A stretch of DNA of 63,667 bases, filler included, from Octopus bimaculoides (Eukaryota), in the NCBI RefSeq assembly GCF_001194135.2. It is 4 parts of 4 records of this genome, joined end to end, with 100 filler letters (N's around TTAATTAATTAA, not from the genome) between each part and the next. Parts side by side here need not be neighbours in the genome. Positions count along the whole stretch, not along the records: positions 1 to 23,690 come from NC_068988.1; positions 23,791 to 31,414 come from NC_068981.1; positions 31,515 to 58,990 come from NC_069008.1; 1 more part is not named here. One strand, 5' to 3'. Below are positions 22,736 through 35,947 of the stretch, in pieces (positions within the stretch are counted from its first letter, which is position 1; each line of letters begins with the position of its first letter). The notes beneath the pieces were generated by a model, which worked only from the letters and a program-made list of their open reading frames with translations, was not told where the DNA came from and ran no database searches. Both the position numbers and the translations under genes were made by a program.

Positions 22736-23734
22736 ATATTTCCCTCCAATTTTGCCTTTTAATTTGTGTTTCTCAACCATTTCCTACCCATGGATTCCTT
22801 TGATTCCATTTTTTAAATTCAGATGGTAGCCATTCGATTTTTTAAAAAACTCCCATTATCTTTTTATAATTAAATATTTCTAGGAACTGTATAAAATATT
22901 GAAATATTTTGTGTATTTTAGAAGTATAGTAAATTTATTGCACAAATTTTAATAACAAAATTTTATATGGACCCCCCCCCCCCAAGGGTCATATAAATGC
23001 TGGCTTTAGACGATTACTTCACTCGTTTATTTCTTCCCTCATTCACGACATACTTAACACTTATGCCATACACAATTCCCTTTCTTCGTTTGTTTACTCA
23101 ATCATTTAGTCGTTCGTTCCTTTCTTTATATATTTCTGTCTTCCAAAAATTTATATCTTAGACATATAATTCAAAATTTTCCAGTCTTTCTGGATTTCTT
23201 TCTTTATATCTATTCACTAAATTCTAAACATTCCTTATTTAATTCAAGCTTCCAGTTGTGTTTTTTTCTACTTTCTTCTAAAACCCTTATTTCATTATTT
23301 TCAATTTTCTTCATTTTTTATTTCTTTCATTTATCATCAGGCTATTTCCTTACGCGTCACATTTCTTCTATTACTCCCCAATTCTTCCTAATTTTTCACT
23401 GCTTATGAATTTCTTTCTTCTGAACTATGCCACTAACTATGAAAACCACTCTATGCCATATTATCAATACTGAAAGGTGACGGATATACTATTTATAATA
23501 AGCGATAAATTTCAGACTTCTCACAACAGAATATGTTTAAAAACACTTCCATTTTTATATTTTCTCCCTTCCTATTTTCCCATTTTTGATATTTTGTATT
23601 TTTTCTATTTCCAAGTGTATGAGATCATTCATTTATAGTTAAAATAAGGAGTGTGTGTGTGTGTGTGTGTGGGTGTGTGTATATATATATNNNNNNNNNN
23701 NNNNNNNNNNNNNNNNNNNNNNNNNNNNNNNNNN

Positions 23735-23746
23735 TTAATTAATTAA
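23735..23746. other. Assembly linker TTAATTAATTAA inside an N gap
   Basis: Identical 12-mer embedded in about 44+44 N; also at 31459 and 59035. Confidence 0.9.
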
Positions 23747-23790
23747 NNNNNNNNNNNNNNNNNNNNNNNNNNNNNNNNNNNNNNNNNNNN

Positions 23791-23841
<51 letters not shown>

Positions 23842-23967
23842 TGTATGTGTGTGTATATATATAGATAGATGAATGTGTATATATATATAGAGAGAGATGT
23901 ATGTGTGTATATACATATATATATATCTATATATATGTACATACAGAGAAAGAGAAAGAGAAAGAGA

Positions 23968-24000
<33 letters not shown>

Positions 24001-24257
24001 CTGTGGGGGAGGAACAGCAGCCATGATTTGGGAATGGAGAAAGATTAAAATAGAATTTAAAGCTCTGTTTCATCTCACTGATTATTCGTCTCCCTTAAAT
24101 ATTTGAATATTTGAGCCTTTCAACCCTCGGCACTCGTGAGACAACAATGTTAAGAATAAATTAAATAAAAGCTGTTGTGCAGAGCCAACTCCGATCGCCT
24201 GTTTCCTAGTTTTTAGTTATTCTGTTTCAGGTTTGGCCTTAATATTTCTGTCTATTG

Positions 24258-24680
24258 AAGGCGGTGACCTGGCTGAATCGGTTGTACGCCGGGCAAAATG
24301 CTTAGCGGCATTTCGATTGTCTTTACGTTCTGATTTCAAATTCCACCGAGGTCGACTTTGCCTTTCATCTTTTCGGGGTCGATAAATTAAGTACCAGTTG
24401 CGTACTGGGGTCGATCTAATCGACTGGCCCTCTCCCCGAAAATTTCGGGCCTTGTGCCTAGAGTAGAGAAGAATATTTCGTTTGTATTCTGGGTGAAATG
24501 CTTAGCAGCATTTCTTTCGGCTTTAGCTTCTGAGTTCAAATTCCGCCGTCGTCGACGTTACTTTTCATCCTTTCCGGGTCGATAAAATAAGTGCCAGTCA
24601 TGTACTAGAGTCGATGTAATCCACTTACCTCCTCCTCCCCTGAAACTGCTGGCCATGTGCCAAAATTCGAAGCCAATACT
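24258..24680 (+). mobile_element. Two adjacent SINE family A copies (about 24258-24472 and 24487-24680)
   Basis: Two successive bodies, with gcctagagtag and gtgccaaaattcgaa tails. Confidence 0.88.
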
Positions 24681-25208
24681 TTTTTGGGTAACGAAGCGAC
24701 TTCTATGTATTTATTTTCTTTTCCTTCTGAAAACTGAATCCAAGTTTTTACAAGGAACCGGATCGTTCCTGAAATAAACAAACTAGTGTTCCTTAGTTTC
24801 CATAATTAACCACACACACACACACACACACNNNNNNNNNNNNNNNNNNNNNNNNNNNNNNNNNNNNNNNNNNNNNNNNNNNNNNNNNNNNNNNNNNNNN
24901 NNNNNNNNNNNNNNNNNNNNNNNNNNNNNNNNNNNNNNNNNNNNNNNNNNNNNNNNNNNNNNNNNNNNNNNNNNNNNNNNNNNNNNNNNNNNNNNNNNNN
25001 NNNNNNNNNNNNNNNNNNNNNNNNNNNNNNNNNNNNNNNNNNNNNNNNNNNNNNNNNNNNNNNNNNNNNNNNNNNNNNNNNNNNNNNNNNNNNNNNNNNN
25101 NNNNNNNNNNNNNNNNNNNNNNNNNNNNNNNNNNNNNNNNNNNNNNNNNNNNNNNNNNNNNNNNNNNNNNNNNNNNNNNNNNNNNNNCCTCTAATGCTAT
25201 AAAGGTGT

Positions 25209-25591
25209 GTGGAGGCACAATGGCCCAGTGGTTAGGGCAGCGGACTCGCATTCGTAGGATCGCGGTTTCGATTACCAGACCGGGCGTTGTAAGTGTTTAT
25301 TGAGCGAAAACATCTAAAGCTCCACGAGGCTCCGGCAGGGAATGGTGGCGACCCCTACTGTATTCTTTCACCACAACTTTCTCTCACTCTTTCTTACTGC
25401 TTCTGTTGAACATGTATTTCAAAGGGGCCAGCCTTGTTACTCTGTGTCACGCTGAATATCCCCGAGAACTACGTTAAGGGTACACGTGTCTGTGGAGTGC
25501 TCAGCCACTTGAACGTTAATTTCATGAGCAGGTTGTTTCGTTGATTGGATCAGCTGGAACCCTCGTGGTCGTAACCGACGGAATGCCACGA
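25209..25591 (+). mobile_element. Full-length tRNA-headed SINE family C with 11-bp TSD
   Basis: Head tggcccagtggttagggc...ggtttcgatt; TSD tataaaggtgt at 25198-25208 and 25592-25602; 3' body shared with 10565 and 39493. Confidence 0.92.
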
Positions 25592-26573
25592 TATAAAGGT
25601 GTCCAGATCTGACTGACCAATTGTTTACCATTGATTAAATTATCATAAAAGATGAGATTGTTGTCGGTTGAATCGACGTTCGGAGTAGATCATTATCATT
25701 TCATTTTATGGATTCCAAACGTTCCAAAATCAGGAAAAATCAGGAGGGATTTGAACTCAAATAGTCGAGGAACGAAGATAGCTACTTAGAAATATTTAAT
25801 TTTCATCGAAATGTCTGCCTCTCATCAGCTTCCAAATCTTTTAGAAACTGTCCAGAGAAATCAACACATGTTTTTTAGGCGTTAAATAATTCAGGGAGCA
25901 ACAAAAGCTCCCCCAGTTTCACTATTCTTGACAAATATTTTAACAAAACACACACGATGGGAACCGGTCCAAACGATGATGGGAACTAAAAGAAAAACGG
26001 TAAGACACGATGTTTATGAATTTGTTTTGCAAGATTCCTGATGTGAAACCATGTATTGAAACAGATATTGTTATATTTCGGGACGGTCATTTTCTTCTTG
26101 CCAAATAAACACCCGCACTGTATATTCGTTCTTCACTCGTTTATTATTGTTCTTATTTTATGTTATGTCCATTTTCTAGAAATCTTTCGTTAAATTAAAA
26201 AAAATATACCACCAAAGAAAAGATGCGATCTCTTCAGGAACTGGTATAATTGGCATACGAGGAACGAAGACGATGTCACCTCTACCACAACCAGTGAGAA
26301 TATTTGACTCAGTGCAGTTCCTCAAAGGTTTGCGCACAATTAGTGTTGTNNNNNNNNNNNNNNNNNNNNNNNNNNNNNNNNNNNNNNNNNNNNNNNNNNN
26401 NNNNNNNNNNNNNNNNNNNNNNNNNNNNNNNNNNNNNNNNNNNNNNNNNNNNNNNNNNNNNNNNNNNNNNNNNNNNNNNNNNNNNNNNNNNNNNNNNNNN
26501 NNNNNNNNNNNNNNNNNNNNNNNNNNNNNNNNNNNNNNNNNNNNNNNNNNNNNNNNNNNNNNNNNNNNNNNNN

Positions 26574-26853
26574 TGTGTGTGTGTGTGTGTGTGTGTGTGT
26601 TTGTGTGTGTGCGTGCGCGCGCGCGCGTGTGCGTGTGTGTCTTTGTGTATGTGTTTGTTCCTACCATCGCTTGATAACCGGTGTTCGTGCGTTTATGTCT
26701 CCGTAACTTAGCAGTTCGGCAAAAGTAGCCGGTTGAATAAGCACCTGGCTTTACAAAATAAATACTGGGATTGATGTGTTCGACTAAAAATTCTTCAAGG
26801 TGGTGCCCCAGCATGGCCGCAGTCTAATGACTGAAACAAGTAAAAGATAAAAG
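26574..26853 (+). mobile_element. SINE family B internal (TG)n and 3' tail, after a gap
   Basis: ccatcgcttga...ccgtaacttagc...ggtggtgccccagcatggccgcagtc...gaaacaagtaaaagataaaaga. Confidence 0.85.
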
Positions 26854-27184
26854 ACATATGCAGTATCTCTTCTGCTTATTGACCCGCACCACCTCATGGC
26901 GCCTGTTAAAGAGGACATTAAGTGATTCAGAGTGCCACTTGCCCTTAGCAGCTTACCAATCACCCCCTTCGTCTCCACCAACCGCTGTACTTTGAAACAC
27001 GTTCGAATATGATCGTGTATGTCGGAAACATTATATCACGTGATCACGTGAACGACCAGACTATCGAATGTTGTTGCACATCACTGGTCACAATGCGCCT
27101 TCCATCATTTTCTTTTGTTTTTAGCCTTCGAATGATGCTACCCCGCTTGATAGGCAAACAGGCCACCATTCCCCCCCTCCTCCG

Positions 27185-27325
27185 ATTGGTTGACTATCCT
27201 GTCACAGGACTGGAACAACGTGAAATGAAGTGTTTTGCTGAAGACCACAACACACTGCACGGCCCGGGAATTGAACCGACGATCGCTAGAGCAACACCCT
27301 AACCAACAGGCCACGCGCCTTCACA
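27185..27325 (-). mobile_element. tRNA-headed SINE 5' part (C/D-type head)
   Basis: ggactggaacaacgtgaaatgaagtg...gggaattgaacc...ccctaacc. Confidence 0.7.
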
Positions 27326-27755
27326 TTAGAAACATTACAATTCAGTGAAAAAATAAACAAAATAATCATATTTTCCACATTTTATTCACTGCAAATACAA
27401 ATCTAATTTTATAAACAACTGTTCTGTTTCACTAATTTGTTTATGTAAGAAAATAATTAAACAGAAATATGGTTTGTCAATTAATTTCCCGAATATGATT
27501 TTATTTCACTCATTAAAAAGAAATAAAACAAACAACAGAAACTTCTAGAAACGATTAGTCTTTAATCATTTGCTTTTATGCAAATCGTTTCAATGATTGT
27601 GTAATTTGTCATCACTTCCGGTAAATTTGGTTGCGGTGTTCCTTGTTTTTCTAAAACCAAATCAAAAAACTCATAATTTGGTTTGTTTTTCCAGCCCCAA
27701 CAGGAAAATGACATATAAAATGTCACGTGAGAGAGAGAGAGAGAGAGGGAGGGAA

Positions 27756-27810
<55 letters not shown>

Positions 27811-27924
27811 ATCGCTGAAATACAGAAATACAAATATTTATAATAATGTTTACTTTGAAACACGTATACACAAATATTTCACCTGACACACAGACAGACA
27901 GAAGAAATATACGACTGCATTAAG

Positions 27925-27925
27925 A

Positions 27926-27989
<64 letters not shown>

Positions 27990-28008
27990 TTACTACTACT
28001 ACTACTAC
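27925..28008. repeat. (CTA)n microsatellite
   Basis: Near-perfect run. Confidence 0.95.
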
Positions 28009-28685
28009 ATTTTGTTGCTTGAGAAGTAAATCTTGTTTGAAAATAGAACAATTTGGATTAAATGCGTCGAAGTGTTGAACGTTTATTAAGGGCGGTCCCT
28101 GTTAATGAAAATACTCAGGGTTAACGAGAATGTTCACTGGAAAAAAAACCCCACATAAGGCATAGGTATATTAACCAAAAACTCCTATCAAGATTAACAC
28201 GGTTGCTTAAAATTAACGAAACTGATTAGGATTAACAAATATGTTTAAGATTAGCAAAAAGGACAAACGCTGTGTAAGAATTCCCTAGCAATATTAACAA
28301 TGATGCCGGTATTGCTATTTTATGTCAACCTTGGTAGATAATTTATCAATGCCTGCATCGAAGAGGCCAGGGAATAGAAGAAAGAAGACATGCACCCAAC
28401 ACGAGCTGAAGACACCTCCGAAAGGGGGGGGGGCGCCACGTCAAAACGGTAGAGGAGTAGGGGCCGAAACCGGACGTGGTTCCTCCTGATGATGTTTTGA
28501 GCTAACTGGATCCTATAAACGAGCTGTTGTGGTAGCAGACCACGAAACATGGTTGAAATTCTTCCTTCTTTAGCTGCAATAATGGCTTAGTTCCACTGCT
28601 AGATTCGTGTAATCCTTGGCCCTTCACCCCATCTTCACCGTTATATTGTGTTAATTCAAATGTTTTGCAATATTTTGCTAACTTA

Positions 28686-28900
28686 AGGCGGCGATCTGGC
28701 AGAAACGTTAGCACGCCGGGTGAAATGCTTAACGGTATTTCGTCTGCCGTTACGTTCTGAGTTCAAATTCCGCCGAGGTCGACTTTGCCTTTCATCCTTT
28801 CGGGGTCGATAAATTAAGTACCAGTTAAACACTGGGGTGGATGTAATCAACTTACCCCTCTCCCCGAGATTGCTGGCTTTGTGCCAAAAATTGAAATCAG
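28686..28900 (+). mobile_element. SINE family A, full length
   Basis: Complete head and body with gtgccaaaaattgaa tail. Confidence 0.92.
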
Positions 28901-31132
28901 TATTTAAATCTCTCTCTATATATATATATAAAATTTTATACAGTACTAGGGCTCTTAAGGCCAGCTATACGGTTTGCAGGATGGAAAATCAGCAGTTTTG
29001 AGGAGGGGCGGGGAGACATGTCGATTACATCGTCATCAGTATTTTACTGGTACTTTATTTTATTGATCACAAAAAGTGAAGTTGATCTCGGTGGGATTTG
29101 AACTTAGAACGTAAAGAGCCTAAATATTACATATTTAGTTATAATACATTCATATAGACATAATTGAATTGGGAAAAATTTGGTAAAACCGACATAATTT
29201 AAGATACAGCATTTGACATGACTAAAATATATTTATGATAAATAGAAAGACTGTTGGAGTCTGTTGTGAATATTATATAATAAAAGAGCAACTTATTCGC
29301 TCTTTTGTAATGTAAAAGTACAAAAGAGCGATTATAGAACAAAGACGTGTTAACATTATAAGTAACGAATGAAAGACAAAGAAGGAAAAGACAGGAAACT
29401 GTATAGAGGAAGCGGAATCTACGAAAAATGGTAAATCCCTTAAAGCCAAATGAAAAATCTAACAACACAATATCATTGATGTGTGACAAAATCTGGCAAG
29501 ACTAAACAGAACGGAAGTAGATTCAACAATGGTTTAGAAAGCTGTGGGATTCTAGATAAAGATGAAGAATTGAAGGTCGCTGGAGTATATTGTCTGTTAT
29601 AACATTAGTTTTATTCAAAAATGTATCGTTTGACATTTCGTTGTTAATATCTACATATTAACATCGATCTGTGAAAATATAGCTTTGTTGAATAACATTT
29701 ATTTCATTCTGTCTACCTGTATTGAATACCCCTTAATTGTATAAACTAATGTGTAATCATTTTTATATACTTCATGTTTTAAATAAGAATAGACCAGAAT
29801 TGCAAATAAACTAAGAACTGAGCTAAAGAAATATCGCTGTTTTAAAGTTAAACCACAGAAAATCTTTGACAATTGAGGTTCATTTACATTCTGGAGTGAA
29901 TTCATGTTTGGGTCGACTTTGACGTTCAAAAACGATAAATACCAGTAATTCGTTTGCAATAGAATTAGCCTGATAATTACTGAGAAGGCCATGGCGAACG
30001 ACACAAAGCAAGAAGTAAATGTGAATTGGCTTAGAATCTCATTTCTCACCCGAAATTTATGCAAGAAAGGAAGAATGATGGGCGACGTTAGTCATGACAA
30101 AAAAAACAAAAAACAACCCAAACCACGATGACGATGGTTACCATCACCACCACCACCACCACCTCTACCTGAACCACCGCAACTGTAACAAATCTACGAT
30201 GACGACGACGGCATCTTCACCACCCCTACCACTATAACCATCATGACCAAGACTTGAACAACAACAGCAAGGAAAATAATAACTACAACAACAACAACAA
30301 CAACAATAGCAACAACGACAAAAGCAGGCACCAAGAAAACAACAACAAGAAGAACAGATCAGCAATAAGGAGGTTTCTAATAAACTGCTGCATCCCGCCC
30401 CATTTGTTTGTTAGGGTAGACTAAACAAAGAAAGAAAATGGAGGAAATATTAACAGTTAATCATGAAGCATGGCGCGAAACGGTGAATTAAAGAGTGGCG
30501 CTACGGTAGGTCAGAGGTGAAGGGAGACAAACCAATTTAAAGAGCACATTAAATAGATTGCTCTTTAATAATGGGGGGAAAATAACAACAAATCAACGAT
30601 AATGGCGACAATAATGAAAATAATGACGATGGTGAAGGTGACAGAAATATCTGTTGTTTCTTTAATTAATAATTAACAAAGAAAAACAAAAACAACAACA
30701 GCAATTAATAACAACACCAATAAACTATAAATAGAATTTACAATTCGATCTACAAGTTGATTCTTTGTAATAATGTAAAGCAAAACTATCACGGTGTGAG
30801 CGTTTCCAGGAAGTTTAAGTTCAAATAATCGATGTCGAATGCAAGAAAGCATCCCCTGCCTCGGTGCCGACACTTCCCCTACCCCACCTTATAGGTGTGT
30901 TCATTAATTATTTCTTGAATAATTTAATACAATGTGTTACTATAGAAACGTTCAACTGTATTCATCATAAAAAGTTTTTGTTTTTTATGTGTAAACCGCC
31001 CTTTAACGGAAGAGTAGCAGGTGAGTAAAAAATGGTAAAAAAAACACCCCTGCTGGTTCCAGCGTTATTTTCTTGGTTGCGAAAAACTAGTATCGTCTTT
31101 TATATGTATGCCATGGCAAAGACCCATTCTAT

Positions 31133-31165
<33 letters not shown>

Positions 31166-31458
31166 CGCACACACGCACACACATATCTGTACAACAGAAA
31201 TGGCGCTGGCTGTAATAGTTAAAAAAGATTAGTAAACAAAAATATTGGCACTTACTGTCTAACTGAACGTTTCTCTCACTTTCTTTCTCTCTCTTTTTCT
31301 CTGTCTGTCTGTTTGGCTGGCTGGCTCCCCCTCCCCTTCTTTCTCTGCGTTTGCACGATTGTATGCTTGTGTACAAACCCGTATCAAATTCTTAACGTAA
31401 GTGTACCAACAACANNNNNNNNNNNNNNNNNNNNNNNNNNNNNNNNNNNNNNNNNNNN

Positions 31459-31470
31459 TTAATTAATTAA
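31459..31470. other. Assembly linker TTAATTAATTAA inside an N gap
   Basis: Same 12-mer as at 23735. Confidence 0.9.
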
Positions 31471-31513
31471 NNNNNNNNNNNNNNNNNNNNNNNNNNNNNN
31501 NNNNNNNNNNNNN

Positions 31514-31845
31514 NTCTCTAAAAGAAATGGAAAAACTTTCAAAATACAAAGACCTGGAAATAGAGATAACTCGAATGTGGAATCTAAAAACAGAAACAAT
31601 TCCTATCATAGTAGGTGCCTTAGGTATAATAAAAAAATATTCAGACAAATACATAACAAAAACACCAGGACTTACAAATATATATAACATACAGAAAATT
31701 GCACTACTGGGTACTGCACACATTCTACGCAAAACACTTTCAATACAGTAAACGTAAGAGCACCACAGCAAACCACAGCACATACCCAAGGCGCACAGAG
31801 CTGCGCTCGGTAGTGAAGTAAAAGCACGTTATAAAAATAAAACTA

Positions 31846-31876
<31 letters not shown>

Positions 31877-31877
31877 G
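31514..31877 (+). mobile_element. R4/Dong-like LINE 3' end with (TAA)n tail
   Basis: Same peptide as 14298-14522; only 3 substitutions seen over about 340 bp; the 5' end is lost in a gap. Confidence 0.88.
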
Positions 31878-33479
31878 TCACCTTAGTCTGCTAGCTATGG
31901 ACAGCTGACACTTTCCACCATAGCCAGCAAAATAAGCTGAGAATTTACATCTAATAATAATAATAATTCTTTTATCTGCCACAATTCTTTTATTTGTTAC
32001 AAACATTTGGGGAAGGATTTCAGTGGAGTAATCTAAATCATAGCGAGGATGATGAAATTGATTTCATCCTACCACCCCACTTTGCGGTAATCTGAACGCA
32101 GTTTCATGTTACAGAGAGGTAAGTTGAATAGGGGCAATTTGAAATCGTTACGCTGGCATCTACTGTCATGTTCTCCATGACTTCTGTCAAGGCCCTGTAT
32201 AGCACATTGATTAAGTGTGGAATGTCAGAAGCAAACGCCTTTTCAGGCGACAAACTACAATATACAAGCCTTGGGACAGTTTGTGACTGAAAATGAACCT
32301 CGATTGATGTATAACTTGAAATATACTTATCAAAATATTGATTTTAAGTGGGCTGTTTTCTTCATGGTTGCACTGATGGCCTGTTTGGCGCATTCATACA
32401 TGTCATTAATGTTGACAGTGAAAGAGATACGATCAACGAAGGGGATCAGCGACAACCAATAGTCACCGGTATATTTTCTGTCTAGCGTTTCTCGGTAAGT
32501 TTAAGCTTTATTGAGTTAGGTTTCTCTTACATTTAATGAGCGTCGCTTTTGGTTCGTATGATGACCTCTATAGCTACTTGACATTTCGCGTTTCTTCTTC
32601 TCGTGAAGTGTTGATCTTAGGAAGACACTTCGATTTTGCTCCTTGGGAGATTATCTTGGTCGTAGTGTACTTTTGTTATTGATCAAAGAGTGGTCGGAGT
32701 CAAATCTGTGATAGTATCGTGAGCATTATGGGAGAGTTTCTTCTGGGGTGCATCCATCAAAGTCTAAGTCTGAGTCAGTTTAGAGAGTGGGTATTTGTAA
32801 TTCAGAGGTCTCTGATGAAACAATTCTTGCAGTCTCTGGTCATTTTCGTTCGTTTTATCTATTCTGCAATAGCTGAGATGTGTAGGCGAAACGCTATGCT
32901 CTGCATCGACTCGACGTTGAAACCTCCAAGCTTCTAAAGTTCTTCCGGTTGTGGTGGAGTTGTCTAATGAGTTTCTCGATCCTCTGTCTTCGCTACTTGA
33001 GCTAAGCATGGCAACTTAAGCAGCCAGTTGTTACATTCGATTAGAGTTGGAATTCAAACGCAGACTTAATATTCGTTCAATACCATCAGCAAGTGATTCT
33101 ATCATTGTTATGAGTGATGTTTTTATGGCAGATTTAACATCTATCATTTCACCCATTCCTTCCGGTAGAAAGTGTATTGTTCCTCTTTTAACGACATTTT
33201 CGGAACTCTTGTTGCCTTGGAGCTGATTTGCAACTGTTATCGATTAGTCGCAGATGCTCAATCAATCCTGCTATTGCACTTCTAACATCCCAACTTGCAA
33301 TATGAAGAACTGGAACAATTTTTGAATTACTTTATGTAATGTTTGATACACTATTTTGCAATCCGATTGCCAAACATAAATACTTTAAACTACTTTTACC
33401 CAAACAAGTTGCCACAAAATGGATGGAGCACTTAGCTGAAGGTGGGTGGCCTCAAGTTACTGAAGCTACCCTGGTGCCC

Positions 33480-33960
33480 CCGCCGCTAATGACGGCCTGT
33501 GGTCGTCCTTCATTGGACAACATTCAGTCAGGTTTCATAAGTTATAATTGTTGGCCCTTGGGTTGTGCCTTTGTCCCCAAAGACGGTAAACTCTCACCAT
33601 GCACACAAGAGGAAGCCCGTGTGTGCTCGCAGGCGCAACGGCTGATTCGTTCAATATTCGCTATCGAAACCATATCTCCAGCTTCAACAAAGTCAACAAG
33701 AGACAGTATCATTGGCGGATTTTCTGTGGCAACTCAAATCGGATATGATAACATTTGATCTGACCTGGCCCATAATAAGGCATGCACAACCACGCGATTC
33801 CCCTTTCAAGAGGTGCAAATTATGCTCCGAAGAATCACTATGTATTTTGTTGACCAGGAAACGGATCATCTATAAATTTTCGGAAAGAATAGTACGATGC
33901 TTGCATGCTAGGAAATGCACTTTTACTCAATATAATAGGCACAATTTAGTATAATCACTG
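33480..33960 (+). mobile_element. Penelope-like element GIY-YIG endonuclease remnant (frameshifted)
   Basis: GATADSFNIRYRNHISSFNK, ADFLWQLK, WPIIRHA and RCKLCSEESLCILL...RCLH match the YIGxT..F..RYxNH..SF..LS.YIW.LK..W.I..CxLCxxE..CRH pattern of Penelope endonucleases. Confidence 0.75.
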
Positions 33961-34054
33961 ACTTAATTAGCATTTACACTGACTTAATTAGCATTTACAG
34001 ATTAACAAGATTTTTAGATAACGAACCAAAACTTCCCCCTGGGACAGACGTTAC

Positions 34055-34420
34055 AATAAGGCATCCTTTCTGGTTTTGAGAATCCCAATTTCTCAAGATT
34101 GATATTTAGTCAGTGTATTATGTATCCCAGTGCCTCAATAATTACAGGTAGAAACCTGAACTTGTAATTTGGATGTAGAGTAGCTGTAGATTCCTCAATA
34201 ATTTAGCATAGCTATTTTCTTTCTCGCATATCTTTAGCCTTATGTTAACATCCACTGGGCAGCTGATTTCCACAACTGTACCCAGTTTCTCTTCTCTATC
34301 CCCAATTACTATGTCAAGTCTATTATATTTATATCTTATTGAGGTTTTCACCGGGACATTCCACCAGTACACCTTTTTATTATGACTGGCTAGGGCTTCT
34401 ACCATACTGTAGGCTCTATT
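34055..34420 (-). mobile_element. Second, diverged 3' fragment of the R4/Dong-like family at 34530-35806
   Basis: YWWNVPVKTSIRYKYNRLDIVIGDREEKLGTVVEISCPVDVNI parallels the neighbouring copy. Confidence 0.8.
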
Positions 34421-34529
34421 TTTGTACGTATGTATGCATGTATTATGCGTAAATGTATGTATGTATGTATGTACATATGTATGTATGTACATATGTATGT
34501 ATGTGCAGATTTGTATGTTTTATGTATGT

Positions 34530-35806
34530 GTTCTCATGCATAGAATTACATATCTAGATATGCTCATATATATTTAAATGATAAGCTTCTAGAAAGTTTT
34601 ACAATTTTACAGATGGATTGGATCTGTAGCCTTCGAATTAGCTTTCTCCGTTCTGGTTTTGAGAAGCTTAATTACTCAAGATGGGTATTTAAGCAGTGTG
34701 TTACATATCCCAGGTCCCAAATAATTACAGGTATAAATCTGAACTTGTAATTTGGATAGGATAACTTCAGATTTCTCAATAGTTCAGCAAAGGTGTTTTC
34801 TTTTTCACTGATCTTCAGCTTTATGTTAACGTCTACTGGGCAACTAATTTCCACAACTGTGCACAGTTTCTCTTCTCTATCCCAAATCATTATATCAGGT
34901 CTGTTGTGCTTACATTTTATTGAGGTCTTCACTGAGACATTCCACCAATATTCCTTTTCATTATGATTGGCTATGGCTTCTACCATATTGTGGGTTCTTA
35001 TTTCTTTGTCGTCGGAATTATTTTTCTGGCGGATTTCATTATAGTGTGTCCTACCTACAACGTCACGTCTCATCGGCAGATATTACCGTGATGACATTTT
35101 CGGACAACTGCTTATGTTGTGGGTGATATCTTCAGTGTGAACTCCACAAAGTCTGCATCGGTTGTCACATTTTACGACTTTTCCCGCATCTCTTTCCCTT
35201 TTGTGCACCAGGTACTTGGTTGATATTTCCTGTTCCTGGATTTCAAAAGCATACCCTTCAAAGTGGGAGGTAGTAATCTGGCTATTGGTCCACGATAAAC
35301 TCCTTTGATGATCAATGTTAGTATCATCACGGAGCTTTCTACTACCATATCTATGCATAGTCTTCTGCTCATATAGGCTCATCCATTGATCAGACGATAC
35401 ATTGCGGTAGAGTTGTGCGACGTCTTTGGGCATGTATTCTGGGTTATCAGACAAAGAGTGTTGCTCAAGGAGCTGCCTTCCAAGTCTTATGATGTTAACA
35501 GCTTCATGTATGCAAAGTTGGTCAAGGGATGCACTTCGACACTTGTTGGTTAAAAGATGTTGCCGAAGGGATATGATGCGATATTCAAAGGCATTTTGGA
35601 TCGACGTTAAGCCTCTGCCGCCTTGTTTACGCTTTAGGTAGAGGCGGTCTACGTCACTGTTTATGTGGAAATTATGTGTGTTTGTTAGTATTTTCCGGGT
35701 TTTCACATTAATGGCTCGGATCTCTTCAAGCGTCCAATCAAGCAGCCCAAATGTTATGAGTAGTGGCACTGCAAACACATTGTGGGCCACTGTTTTATTG
35801 TATGTA
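34530..35806 (-). mobile_element. 5'-truncated R4/Dong-like LINE (thumb, CCHC knuckle, restriction-like endonuclease), frameshifted
   Basis: SDVDRLYLKRKQGGRGL; CRLCGVHTEDITHNISSC knuckle; HNRPDI...VEISCP...K..EK PD-(D/E)xK motif; (CATA)n tracts on both sides. Confidence 0.88.
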
Positions 35807-35841
35807 TTATGTATGTATGTATCTATCTATCTATCTATCTA

Positions 35842-35886
<45 letters not shown>

Positions 35887-35887
35887 A

Positions 35888-35946
<59 letters not shown>

Positions 35947-35947
35947 A

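Noticed and set aside
23735-23746. Conserved TTAATTAATTAA motif seen three times
   Set aside because: Always embedded in roughly 100-bp N spacers and has stops in all six frames, so it is a scaffolding linker.
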